Positions 37,910-47,900 of a stretch of DNA of 64,000 bases are shown here, one piece after another (the stretch's first letter is position 1; each line of letters begins with the position of its first letter). The DNA comes from a virus (taxonomy: Duplodnaviria; Caudoviricetes): positions 64,001 through 128,000 of IMG/VR virus record IMGVR_UViG_3300028591_000076. One strand, given 5' to 3'. The notes beneath the pieces are model-generated. The model was not told the DNA's origin. It made no database searches and saw nothing but the letters and a program-made list of their open reading frames with translations. Position numbers and translations under genes: made by a program.

Positions 37910-40177
37910 ATGAGTAGAATAATTATAACTGATAATGAAGAAGCCAAACAAATTGAGCCTAAAGTTTTGGCATGTTTATATGTATTACAAGTTCCTCTTA
38001 ATAAGGTTCCAGACTATAACGAAGCTAATCAATATGTTAAAAGTCATACTTTTGTAGGTCATGATACTCTTGTTAAATTACTTAATAGTGAAGAGTCAAC
38101 TATAGAACATAGTAATATAGAGTTAGATAAAGATGACTTCAGATATGCATTAAAATATTATACTAAAAACGATAGAATAAGACAAGTAGCCGTTAATAAA
38201 TTCGTAAATATTCAACCTGATATTTGGGTAAATAATTTAGTTAGCGAACACTTAGACACATTTAAGGTTATTGATAGAACTATAGAAGACCTAAAATCTC
38301 GTGTAGTTACTCATGAATTCTTAAAAGATGACTTATATGCAGAAATAAAATCTAAAGAAGCTCTAGAAGCTTTCTGTAATCTAGACTTTGAAAAAGTAGA
38401 AAAATGTATTAGTGAAAGAAATGCGGTAGATAAGGATGAAGTAGAAAAAACAACTGAAGCAGAGTCAAACTCTAAATCGCACGGTATTTATAAAATTGCA
38501 AAAGATAAATGGGGCGCAATTTCTAAGGGTCTTGAAAGATGTAAAGAGCTATTAGGTGAAGAGTTCTCTTACGAAATAACCGGTGAAGATGTTGTAGAAC
38601 AAAACAATAATAGACAATATTATGATGGCGGTGGACAAGACGGTTGGTCAAGTGAGTTTATTAAGTCTAAAATACCAGTTTATATTGTAGAAATAAATTG
38701 TAAAGTTAGAGAACAAGAATGGGAAGTAGCCGCAATTGTAAAGCATACTGAAGGACAAGAGGGCGTAATAGTTACGCCTATTAATAAAGACTTAGAAGTT
38801 CCAGAAAAATATAATTATATTACTAAGATTGACTGTGACCACTGTCATGCGCCAAGAAAAAGAAACTTAGGATTTATAGTTTATAATCATAATACTAATG
38901 AATATAGAATTGTTGGTAGCGACTGCTTAAATGTATATACTAAAATAAATCCTTCTGGATTATTAGCTCTTAATAATGTATTCAATGAAATTGAAAGTAC
39001 TGTAATCGATGTAAGACGTGGAAAAACTATATATGATGTAAATGAAACACTTATTACAGCACAAGCTGCTATTGCATTATATGGCTATAAAAAAGCAGAG
39101 GTAAATCAATGGGGCGGAACAGAAGATCCAAATGTAGAGTCTACAAAAGAAAGAGTTAGATATGTTATAGATGATAAGCTTTTTAGCTCAGTAGTAGAAG
39201 ATACTCATTCTTCTATGTGGGGTGTTAAACAAGCTGCTAAAGCATTATTAGCTGTTCTTTCATCTATTGTTGAATATATCGAAAATAATAGAGATGAGCT
39301 TACTAAAAAAGCTCTTGAAATTAGAGAGTTCTATAAAAACCTTGATACTTCAAATGACCCATTCCAGCAAAAATTAAAAGTTGCACTTAGCGGATGGACT
39401 ATACCAAAAGAACAAGTTGGTTTAGTAGCATGTATTCCTCACTTATATGCTAAGTCTAAACAAAAAGAAGCTGAAATGGCTGCTAAAAAGGCATCTTTAG
39501 AAAAAGATAATATTGAACTTACTAATAGCCAGCCTGTAGGTAATAATAACCTTGGAGGTAATGTTACTGACTGGGATGAAAGTACTCGCTGTGAAATCAA
39601 AATTACTAAAGATGCAATTTATAAAATAATTGTTAGCGAAAATCAAACAACTTATGGCTCATATCCAGTAACTATTTATGTTCGTGGTAATGATGGTGAT
39701 AATAACAAATGCGGAAGAATTCAAACATTTGTTAATGAGCGTTTTGATCCAGAAACAATAGAAATGATAACAGGTAAAGCTAATGGTATAAATTACTTTA
39801 GAGATACTTACTCTGGTAAATTAAATTATGCTAAATTCTGGACAAAAGAAATGGTAGAAAAAGCTAATTCTTCTGATGACTCAGATAAAGTAGAAAAATA
39901 TAAAGAAAAAGAACGTATAGTAATTGAAGTAAAAGAAGTTAGCAGAGGACAAATTTATGCTTCTGGTTATGGTTATAATGGCGAAGGCGAATATGCTGTT
40001 TTAACTATTAAAGATAAAAATGACGATACATTCAAATGGTCTTGTTCAACAAGCCTAATTTATAATCCAGACTATTTAGTAGGTAAAAAATTAAAAGCTA
40101 CTGTTAAACAAGTTAAAAAAGACGCATTTGATAGAGTTCTTATGTATATAATTACTAGAGGTACCGTTTTAGATTAA
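37910..40177 (+). CDS. large phage protein with CDHC..R.R...VG.DC Zn-binding motif and OB-like C-terminus
   Basis: CDHCHAPRKRN...IVGSDCL; C-terminal FKW...LKATVK...ITR. Confidence 0.65.
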   Translation: MSRIIITDNEEAKQIEPKVLACLYVLQVPLNKVPDYNEANQYVKSHTFVGHDTLVKLLNSEESTIEHSNIELDKDDFRYALKYYTKNDRIRQVAVNKFVNIQPDIWVNNLVSEHLDTFKVIDRTIEDLKSRVVTHEFLKDDLYAEIKSKEALEAFCNLDFEKVEKCISERNAVDKDEVEKTTEAESNSKSHGIYKIAKDKWGAISKGLERCKELLGEEFSYEITGEDVVEQNNNRQYYDGGGQDGWSSEFIKSKIPVYIVEINCKVREQEWEVAAIVKHTEGQEGVIVTPINKDLEVPEKYNYITKIDCDHCHAPRKRNLGFIVYNHNTNEYRIVGSDCLNVYTKINPSGLLALNNVFNEIESTVIDVRRGKTIYDVNETLITAQAAIALYGYKKAEVNQWGGTEDPNVESTKERVRYVIDDKLFSSVVEDTHSSMWGVKQAAKALLAVLSSIVEYIENNRDELTKKALEIREFYKNLDTSNDPFQQKLKVALSGWTIPKEQVGLVACIPHLYAKSKQKEAEMAAKKASLEKDNIELTNSQPVGNNNLGGNVTDWDESTRCEIKITKDAIYKIIVSENQTTYGSYPVTIYVRGNDGDNNKCGRIQTFVNERFDPETIEMITGKANGINYFRDTYSGKLNYAKFWTKEMVEKANSSDDSDKVEKYKEKERIVIEVKEVSRGQIYASGYGYNGEGEYAVLTIKDKNDDTFKWSCSTSLIYNPDYLVGKKLKATVKQVKKDAFDRVLMYIITRGTVLD

Positions 40178-40195
40178 ATCTTAATTAGGTCCATA

Positions 40196-40222
40196 AAAAG
40201 GCTCATATTTGGGCCTTTTTTT
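40196..40222 (+). terminator. intrinsic terminator
   Basis: AAAAGGCTCA-TATT-TGGGCCTTTT followed by further Ts. Confidence 0.85.
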
Positions 40223-40224
40223 AT

Positions 40225-40315
40225 TTTAAATGTGAATTTTTTTAAAATGAAGTTATATTAATTAATGTATAGTAAGAAGGAGTATAGCTCAGGCTTGCGT
40301 AGCGCCAATTAATAT
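40225..40315 (+). repeat. 91-bp dispersed intergenic repeat, copy 2
   Basis: Matches 29210-29300 except the central 11 bp. Confidence 0.95.
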
Positions 40316-40333
40316 GTGTTTTTAAATTTTTTA

Positions 40334-40342
40334 TTACATATT
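40334..40342 (+). promoter_or_regulatory. representative TWACATATT upstream motif (10 copies)
   Basis: - 2294, 8407, 20289, 28154, 29140, 29177; + 13916, 37890, 40334, 62951. Confidence 0.7.
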
Positions 40343-40372
40343 ATAAATAATTAATGTAATAGGAGATTATAA

Positions 40373-40672
40373 ATGGGTTGTTATATTAATAAAGTAAATA
40401 AGGAAAATTTTCTTGAAGCTAATGGTAAATTTCACTTAAATATACCTATGTTTGGTAAAGTTAGTGTTCCTAGTTATTCTGAACTTTCTATAGATAATAA
40501 TTTACCAGTTGTTTTAGTGGATAATGGACCATTTACTGCTGCAGCCGTAGCATTTGATGAAATTGAATATAAAAGATTTACTGGTGAAGATGATGGTAGG
40601 CCTAGACAGCTATGGACTTGTAATAAAGAAAAGTTACGTAAAGTAGTAGATTGTCCAGACTATTTAAGGTAA
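40373..40672 (+). CDS. phage hypothetical protein
   Basis: AGGAG SD; VDNGPFTAA...E..RF...DGRP pattern. Confidence 0.8.
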   Translation: MGCYINKVNKENFLEANGKFHLNIPMFGKVSVPSYSELSIDNNLPVVLVDNGPFTAAAVAFDEIEYKRFTGEDDGRPRQLWTCNKEKLRKVVDCPDYLR

Positions 40673-40680
40673 AAATTTTT

Positions 40681-40965
40681 ATGACAGTTTTATGTGCTGA
40701 ATGTCCTAAATGCCGAGCTATTATTTATAGTAGGTCTTATCATGATATGAAATATTGTCCTTGTGGCGCAATTTTTATTGATGGTGGCCCAAATAGCGAT
40801 TATATTAGAGTTGGAACTTCGTTGCCAGAAATTTGTACATCTAATATAAATATATCTAAAAGAGAAATTGATGCAACTGAAGAAGAACTATATAATGATT
40901 GGAATTGCAATATTAATAAATTTGGTATTATAGAAGATTCACACTTAGATAATTATTGGAGTTAA
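40681..40965 (+). CDS. small Zn-binding phage protein
   Basis: CPKC...S...HD...CPCG...DGG...Y.R; ATG 40681 preferred over TTG 40651. Confidence 0.8.
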   Translation: MTVLCAECPKCRAIIYSRSYHDMKYCPCGAIFIDGGPNSDYIRVGTSLPEICTSNINISKREIDATEEELYNDWNCNINKFGIIEDSHLDNYWS

Positions 40966-40966
40966 A

Positions 40967-42148
40967 ATGGCTTATACTTATGTTGACTTAGATTGGATTG
41001 ATATAAACTTAAAATGTTGTAAAAAGGACCTAAGATATTTTAAGTATCTCAGAAAAACAGATAATTTTAGAAATCTTATTACTCTTACTATAGGGACATC
41101 ACTTTTTAAGAAAAATAATAAAAAATGGATTAGTATTAAAGCTTTAATATCCGATAAATATTATAATGTTGTAGACGAGCCAATATTTTATATTTGTATT
41201 CCTTACTTAAAAAATGTAAATTATAGTATTCAGTATAAGGATATTAGAAACTTACAGTATATTACCAAAGATTTTAGTAATGATAATAGCTATAGCATAT
41301 CAACTAAAAATAAATTTACTTTTAAATCTGATAATCTAGAAATTACAAAATGGATGGATCCAAAATTTGCTAAAAATAAATTTAAGTATTTACAAAAAAA
41401 TAATTTAATTGGAAAAATCTTTTGGGATAAAATTGATAATGAATATGATATTACCTGTCATACTTGTAAATATCCAACTGATGACTGTTATATGGCGCTT
41501 TCTTGTCCATCTACAGGTTTTGTAGAATTAAAAAAAGAGCATATAACGTATAATATTGAAAATAATCTTCTTAAAGAAGGTTTCACTTATAATAGAAATC
41601 TTTATAAAAAAACACCAAATAAGGAATGGTCTTTTTTAACTTATTGGAATGAAAAAGAATATGAAGATATTAGACATAAATATACTACGCTTGACGAAAG
41701 AGCTTGGGTAGAAGATGGAAAACTAAATAATACTGAATATTCTGAGTCTGTTAAGTCCGCGAATGCTGAATGGCCAGAGTTTAATTCACTTTGGCAGAAT
41801 ACTGACCAGCTTTATCGACCAATAGGTTCAGTTAATCCAAAAGAAATTTATAATTCAAATGATATAAAAAGATTTAAAAATATAAAATTTGAAAAAGTTC
41901 TTACTAAAGGCTGGCATTGTACACAAAATCCTAATCTCGTACCATGTCCTGTTTGTGAAGATTTATATGACATTGCTCGCTCATATAATATATATGGAAA
42001 ATTTAGGTCTTTCTTATTAAGAGTTAAAGATATATTATATATTTTAAGAAATCCATATATTATTAAAAATAAAATATGCAAAAGTCTTTCATTAAAATTT
42101 AAAAATAAAACATTTGACCATTGGAAAAATGGTCAACAAGAAATTTAA
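40967..42148 (+). CDS. hypothetical protein with Cys clusters
   Basis: 393 aa, GGAG SD; CHTC and CPVC. Confidence 0.75.
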   Translation: MAYTYVDLDWIDINLKCCKKDLRYFKYLRKTDNFRNLITLTIGTSLFKKNNKKWISIKALISDKYYNVVDEPIFYICIPYLKNVNYSIQYKDIRNLQYITKDFSNDNSYSISTKNKFTFKSDNLEITKWMDPKFAKNKFKYLQKNNLIGKIFWDKIDNEYDITCHTCKYPTDDCYMALSCPSTGFVELKKEHITYNIENNLLKEGFTYNRNLYKKTPNKEWSFLTYWNEKEYEDIRHKYTTLDERAWVEDGKLNNTEYSESVKSANAEWPEFNSLWQNTDQLYRPIGSVNPKEIYNSNDIKRFKNIKFEKVLTKGWHCTQNPNLVPCPVCEDLYDIARSYNIYGKFRSFLLRVKDILYILRNPYIIKNKICKSLSLKFKNKTFDHWKNGQQEI

Positions 42149-42168
42149 AAAATTATTGGGTGGAAAAA

Positions 42169-42828
42169 TTGAAAATCTCAAAAAAGATAATAGTAGTACT
42201 TGTATTACTATTTATTATTTTAATTGTTGGTGCTATTTTTGCAACTAGATATTTTACATTAAAGGAAGTTGGCTTGGTTAGTAATAATTACTTAAGCGTA
42301 ATTGAGCAGCCAAAGCATATAGAAAATTTTAATAATCCTTTTAAGTCATTTCTAGATGATGAAAAAGCAGAATTTATTATTATAAACTGTAAAAATTTCA
42401 GGGTAAATCCTATTACAGTTGTAAGTATTCTTGAAAAAGAAAATCCTACATTAAATTGTAAAGCTACATCGGAACCTAATGAAAATGGTACAAGAGATTT
42501 AGGCTTATTTCAGCTTAATGATAAGTCTCTTTTTGAGAAAGGTGGCTTTATTGATATGTGGTGGCCAAAAGATTTTGGTGAGTTTAATCCTGATAACTGG
42601 AGACATAGTACATATTTAGCTATAAAATATATACAGGATTTACAGAAAACTTTTGGTGAAGATAATATTTATTATATAGCAGCGGCATATAATGCTGGAA
42701 CTACTAGAGCTTATAATGAATGGCTACAAGTAGAAAATGCAGAAAAACTACCTTATAAGACAAAAATGGATTATGCGCCTTCTGTGAATAATAATTTTAA
42801 TAAATGGAAAAATATTACAAACTCATGA
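42169..42828 (+). CDS. membrane-anchored lytic transglycosylase (SLT domain)
   Basis: N-terminal TM; catalytic KENP, NGTRDLGLFQLN, AAAYNAG; in-frame TTG 42169 preferred over 42121. Confidence 0.88.
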   Translation: MKISKKIIVVLVLLFIILIVGAIFATRYFTLKEVGLVSNNYLSVIEQPKHIENFNNPFKSFLDDEKAEFIIINCKNFRVNPITVVSILEKENPTLNCKATSEPNENGTRDLGLFQLNDKSLFEKGGFIDMWWPKDFGEFNPDNWRHSTYLAIKYIQDLQKTFGEDNIYYIAAAYNAGTTRAYNEWLQVENAEKLPYKTKMDYAPSVNNNFNKWKNITNS

Positions 42829-43001
42829 TGGGATATAAAGAAATCTTAAAAAAATATAAAGAGTTCAAACGCAGAAAATATAATGATTCAGAAATTACAA
42901 CTACTGAAAAAGAACTTTTATTAGAAAAATATCGTAAGTATGAAGAAGCGTTTAATAATAAAAATATGGATGTTATTATACAAGAATATTTTGATAGTTA
43001 G
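42804..43001 (+). CDS. hypothetical protein
   Basis: About 60 aa; start probably the ATG overlapping the SLT stop. Confidence 0.6.
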   Translation: MEKYYKLMMGYKEILKKYKEFKRRKYNDSEITTTEKELLLEKYRKYEEAFNNKNMDVIIQEYFDS

Positions 43002-43012
43002 AGGAAAATAAA

Positions 43013-43315
43013 ATGAGTAATGTTCTTATTTTTACTGAAGATGATAAAATAGAAAGAGCTTTTGTAGATGCTTCAATGGAATTCTTTAAAAATGATAGTG
43101 GCCAAATTGTAATAAAAATAAATAATATTTATTTCCCTACTAATATGGATCAATTATATGTAGATATGAAGGCTTATAATGACAAAATATCATGTAATCC
43201 ATTTTGCTTAAGAAGAACTTCAAATGTTGAAAGACTTTATGAATTATATGATTCCTATTTTCTCGAAAATGATATTGTATGTACCGATGATTTTGTTCCT
43301 CAAAATGATTATTAA
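43013..43315 (+). CDS. hypothetical protein
   Basis: 100 aa, GAGG SD. Confidence 0.75.
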   Translation: MSNVLIFTEDDKIERAFVDASMEFFKNDSGQIVIKINNIYFPTNMDQLYVDMKAYNDKISCNPFCLRRTSNVERLYELYDSYFLENDIVCTDDFVPQNDY

Positions 43316-43393
43316 ATTTGAAAGCAATATTGTATTTGTGTAAGTTAATATAATTTAGGATTTTAATTTTTAAGAATTTGAAAGAGGATAATA

Positions 43394-44875
43394 ATGGTAA
43401 ATACAAGCTATGATACTGTAATAGTGGGTGCAGGACCAGCTGGTCTTTATACTGCTTATGGGCTAATAAATAAAAATCCTAAACTTAAAATTTTAATTAT
43501 TGAAAAAGGTAAATCTATAGGTAAAAGAAAATGCCCATCTATCGAAAAAGGTATAAAATGTATAAATTGTAAAGTATGTTCAATTATGTCAGGCCTAGGT
43601 GGAGCTGGCTCATTTTCAGATGGCAAATTTCCAATTACAAATGACTTTGGTGGTAGTCTTTGGGAAAAAATTGGAAAAGAAAAATCATTAGAGCTCCAAA
43701 AAAAAGTAGATAGTATAAATAGACTGTTCTATTATGAAAATATTGGTTGTAAAAATGAACATAATATTAGTTGGCTAGAATATAATAAGCCAGAACAGTC
43801 TTTTCCAAAGTTATATTCTTCTAAAAATTCTTCATATAAAAAAATTTGTACTCAGCATAATTTGCATTTACTTAACGCTGAAATTAGACATCTTGGTACT
43901 GATATCGGTCAAGTTATCTATGGTAAGCTTTATGATTTTCTTGTAGAAAATGGAGTTCAGTTTAAATTTGAAACGGATGTTAGTACAATTAAACAAGTAG
44001 AAGAAACTATAAACGTAGACTCTATTAGTGATAGAAAATATCATTGGGAAGTACGTTGCTCAAATAATAAAGTTTTTGAAGCGAATACAGTTGTTGTTGC
44101 CGCGGGTCGTTCAGGAAGTGAATGGGTAGAGCAGCTTTGTCAAAACTTAAATATTCCAACAAAATCTAATAAAGTAGATATTGGTATTAGATTTGAGTGT
44201 CCAGATGAAATATGGAGTCATATTACTAAAGATTTATATGAGTCTAAAATTGTTTATAAAACAAAGCTCTATGAAGATGAAGTAAGAACTTTCTGTATGA
44301 ATCCATCTGGCGAAGTTGTTACTGAAAATACAAATGGCCTTATCACCGTAAATGGTCATGCTTTTGAAGATAAAAATAAAAAAACAAATAACACAAATTT
44401 TGCTTTATTAGTAAGTAGAACATTTACAGAGCCATTTAAAGATAGCACAAAATATGGAAATGCAATTGTAGCTCTTTCTAATATGCTTGGTGGTGGGGTT
44501 ATTGTTCAACGTTATGGTGACTTAATTAGAGGTAAGCGCTCTACAAAGGAGCGTATGAAGCATAACACAGTAATTCCTACCTTAAATGCTGAGCCTGGAA
44601 ATTTAGGTGATGTTTTACCTAAAAGAACATTGGATGATATTCTTGAGATGATTGAAAAATTAGATCATCTTGTTCCAGGCATGACAAATGATGATAATTT
44701 GCTTTACGGCGTTGAAGTAAAGCGCTATAATATGACTGTTGATGTAAATGAAAATCTTGAAGCAAAAAATTATAAAAATTTATATTTTATAGGTGATGGA
44801 TCCGGCTGGACGCATTCATTAAGTCAGTCATCAGCTTCAGGATTATATATTGCAGAAAAAATTTTAGATAAATAA
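43394..44875 (+). CDS. NAD(P)/FAD-dependent oxidoreductase
   Basis: VIVGAGPAG, GLGGAGSFSDGK, RHLGTD, VRTFCMNP, NTNFALL, IGDGSG. Confidence 0.92.
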   Translation: MVNTSYDTVIVGAGPAGLYTAYGLINKNPKLKILIIEKGKSIGKRKCPSIEKGIKCINCKVCSIMSGLGGAGSFSDGKFPITNDFGGSLWEKIGKEKSLELQKKVDSINRLFYYENIGCKNEHNISWLEYNKPEQSFPKLYSSKNSSYKKICTQHNLHLLNAEIRHLGTDIGQVIYGKLYDFLVENGVQFKFETDVSTIKQVEETINVDSISDRKYHWEVRCSNNKVFEANTVVVAAGRSGSEWVEQLCQNLNIPTKSNKVDIGIRFECPDEIWSHITKDLYESKIVYKTKLYEDEVRTFCMNPSGEVVTENTNGLITVNGHAFEDKNKKTNNTNFALLVSRTFTEPFKDSTKYGNAIVALSNMLGGGVIVQRYGDLIRGKRSTKERMKHNTVIPTLNAEPGNLGDVLPKRTLDDILEMIEKLDHLVPGMTNDDNLLYGVEVKRYNMTVDVNENLEAKNYKNLYFIGDGSGWTHSLSQSSASGLYIAEKILDK

Positions 44876-44877
44876 TT

Positions 44878-44912
44878 AAAAAGCTCAAGGGTAAACCTTG
44901 AGCTTTATTTTT
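44878..44912. terminator. bidirectional terminator
   Basis: AAAGCTCAAGG-GTAAA-CCTTGAGCTTT. Confidence 0.9.
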
Positions 44913-47900
44913 TATAGGATTTTATTTACTATTTCTGACTTATATGTTCGAGTAATTTCTTGAACATTAGAATAATTATAGTCTACTGTCGTATCAAAAT
45001 AAGTAGTTATTGAGGCAGGTGATCTTAAGCTAACATCTAATCTATTTGGCATTATTATACTACTAGCATTTGCTATATTACTCATAGTAAATTTATAGCT
45101 ACTATCAATATATTTACCGCTTTGTTTATTACTACTATTATCAATAGATGCATTAAGCTGAAAATCAACAGCATCTTTAATTTTTTTATAGTCCGATAAA
45201 TTGTCTGTTATACTTACTAGACCATAATTATAATTATTAGCTATATAATTTAAGGTGAGACTACCCTTAGTGCCAGAAGTATTATAGATTACGCTACTTA
45301 TATTTATAGATCTAGGCTCTTCACTAATACTTTCAGAAAATTCTGTAATACAGTATTTATTTATAATATTGCCATTATAGTTAACTGTAGCTTCTTGGCT
45401 TAATGCGCTTGTGACATTAGCTACTTGAGATGTAGTAGACAAATCAAGTGTGATAATATTATTAGCGCTCGTTAAAATGAGATTATTACTTGAAATTGAT
45501 GGTGTATATGTGGCAGTAGCCCAAGTTGGAGATCCATTAACTACAGTTCTCTTTTGTATTTGTATACTACCAGTTGATATGAAAGTAAGATTACTATCCA
45601 CGTAAAACGAGATTGTTCTAGAATTATTACTATTTACTCTATATATCTCATCATCACTAATTTTTATTTGTTGACCTTGTGTTGGTAATGTTACCGTTAT
45701 CGTATTTATGTAATAATTTTTTAATGAATTAGCTGGTTTACCTAAAATCAATGAATTTACAGAAGCACTATTAGTTAGCTCTATTATATCATTATATGCA
45801 GTTCTAGGAACTAATTCACCATTAACAGTAGATGTTCTATCTGTTAGTTTTGTTCCATCATTTGTATAGAATACGTCTTTCTTATTTTCTAATTCTATGA
45901 TATTTTTACCATTAGAGAGCACATTTGATATATTTTCTATTACTCTTTGCTTATAAGTAATAAATGCTGATTTTCCAGATTTATTATAAATAATAGGTGT
46001 AATTTGGATAGTATGTTCTTTACCATCAAAATTATCAATAACATAAGTAAAAGTATTATCGCTTTTTTCTATAATAGAAATATCACCATTAGTAATAGCT
46101 ACTTTATCAGCATTAGCGGATATCTTAATGGCTAAGTCCTTATTAGATAATTCTGCGCCATTACTTGCAAATTCTACATTAGTAAGAGTAGCATCATCCT
46201 GATTATCATAAACTTGATAGCTCTGTATCCAGCTAATTGATACCCTATTAGTATTATTGTCAATATTAGTAATTGTTCCAATATAAGGCTTACCTAATAT
46301 TTGATTATCACCAAAAGTTTTCTCTGGTATAATAATAACTGTCTGATGGTTATTATCTACTTGGAAAGATCCAAATACTTCAGCTATAAGATTTGTATCT
46401 TTAGTACCCAAATTAGAAGATATACTAGCATTTGGATTTGTTGTTGATAAATAGAAACCAGTTGCGCCATCTTTTAAGTTATTAGCCAAAAGAGCAACTC
46501 TTAATGTATTATCTGTATATGTTATATTTATATTATTTAAATCTAAACTTGGCTCATTTCTTTTAAATATAGCCTTTAAGTATAAATCATCAGAGCTAGT
46601 CTCATTAGACCATAAGTCTCTAGTAATCGATGTAATATAATCGAGGCTATATGTACTATTTTTACCAAACTTATATTTATATCCAATAAATCTATATGCA
46701 TCAAAATCTGGATTTAATAAATCTACTGGTATATCAGTAAGCTTATTATTAGCCTCATAATATTGAGACCTTAATACATTAGAAATGCCAAAGTTATTTT
46801 CATCATAATTTTCAGATTCAATATGTATTATTGGTAATTTATAAGTATAAGTACGTCTAATTCTAGTATCACAAGTAAATAAATGTGTATCAATGCTTTC
46901 ATCTGAAATAATATCATCAGCATTTGCTGACTCGATTTGCCAATTAGATGTTTTAATAGATGCATGATTTGTTATACTAGGTACTTTACTAGCACCAAGA
47001 TATGAATTATATGGAATATCAACAGAGTAAATATTTGGCTCAAATATATTTTGTCCGCCCACAGTCCAACTACCAGCATTATTTAAGTCGAATGTAATTT
47101 TAATTAACTTCTTTCTATAAGTAAACTTAATAGTATCATTGCCACTAATAGTTACTGTTTTACCAGAGCTATTACAAGAATATCCATTTGTTGGGTATTC
47201 ATCATTAAATAGAGGATATACTGTTATAGCTTGGCCAAATTTACAAGAAATAGTTGACTCAGTAGCAGAACCAATCTCATTAAGAGATGTTCTGTATAAA
47301 GTATTATATGTTATACTAGAATTAGAGCTATTTTCTGTTGACTCGTATTCATCTACAATTTTTACATTACAGATATTTCTATGTATATATATTCTAACAA
47401 TACTAGAGCCATCACCTTTTATAATTGCATTTTCAATTCTAGATAAAGAAAATCCTTCTGGTACTTGATAATTTTCTGGAAAAAGTGCATTACTAAAATT
47501 TGTTTTATCCCCAGTTTTACCATGAGCAGTTTCAGACTTAATAAGTCTATAAGAGCAAGTATCATTATTAGCATCAGTAAATATACCAGTAGACTCAGGA
47601 GTTTCTTCCCAAGTTTGAAGTTCAAATGAAGTTGTATTAGACTCAGACCAAATAGCCTTTAATGTTATATCATGGTCTATTGTATCCGCAGGCGTAAATG
47701 TATTTCCTGATATTGTACCATCTGTAGCTTGGCTTAATGACCAGCCTTCAAAATTATAACCAGCTTTAGAAGGCTGTCCTAACTTAATAGGCTCGTTAGC
47801 TTTTAATATGAATTTATCATTATTGGCTATAATACCACCCTGTAAGTCATAGTCTAAATGAAAATCAGCTTTTTCCCATTCGGCTACAAGAGAAACGGGA

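Noticed and set aside
29210-40315. 91-bp repeat as a CRISPR array, IS ends or tRNA
   Set aside because: Two direct copies 11 kb apart with only 11 variable bp; no cas or transposase genes; no cloverleaf or T-loop motif
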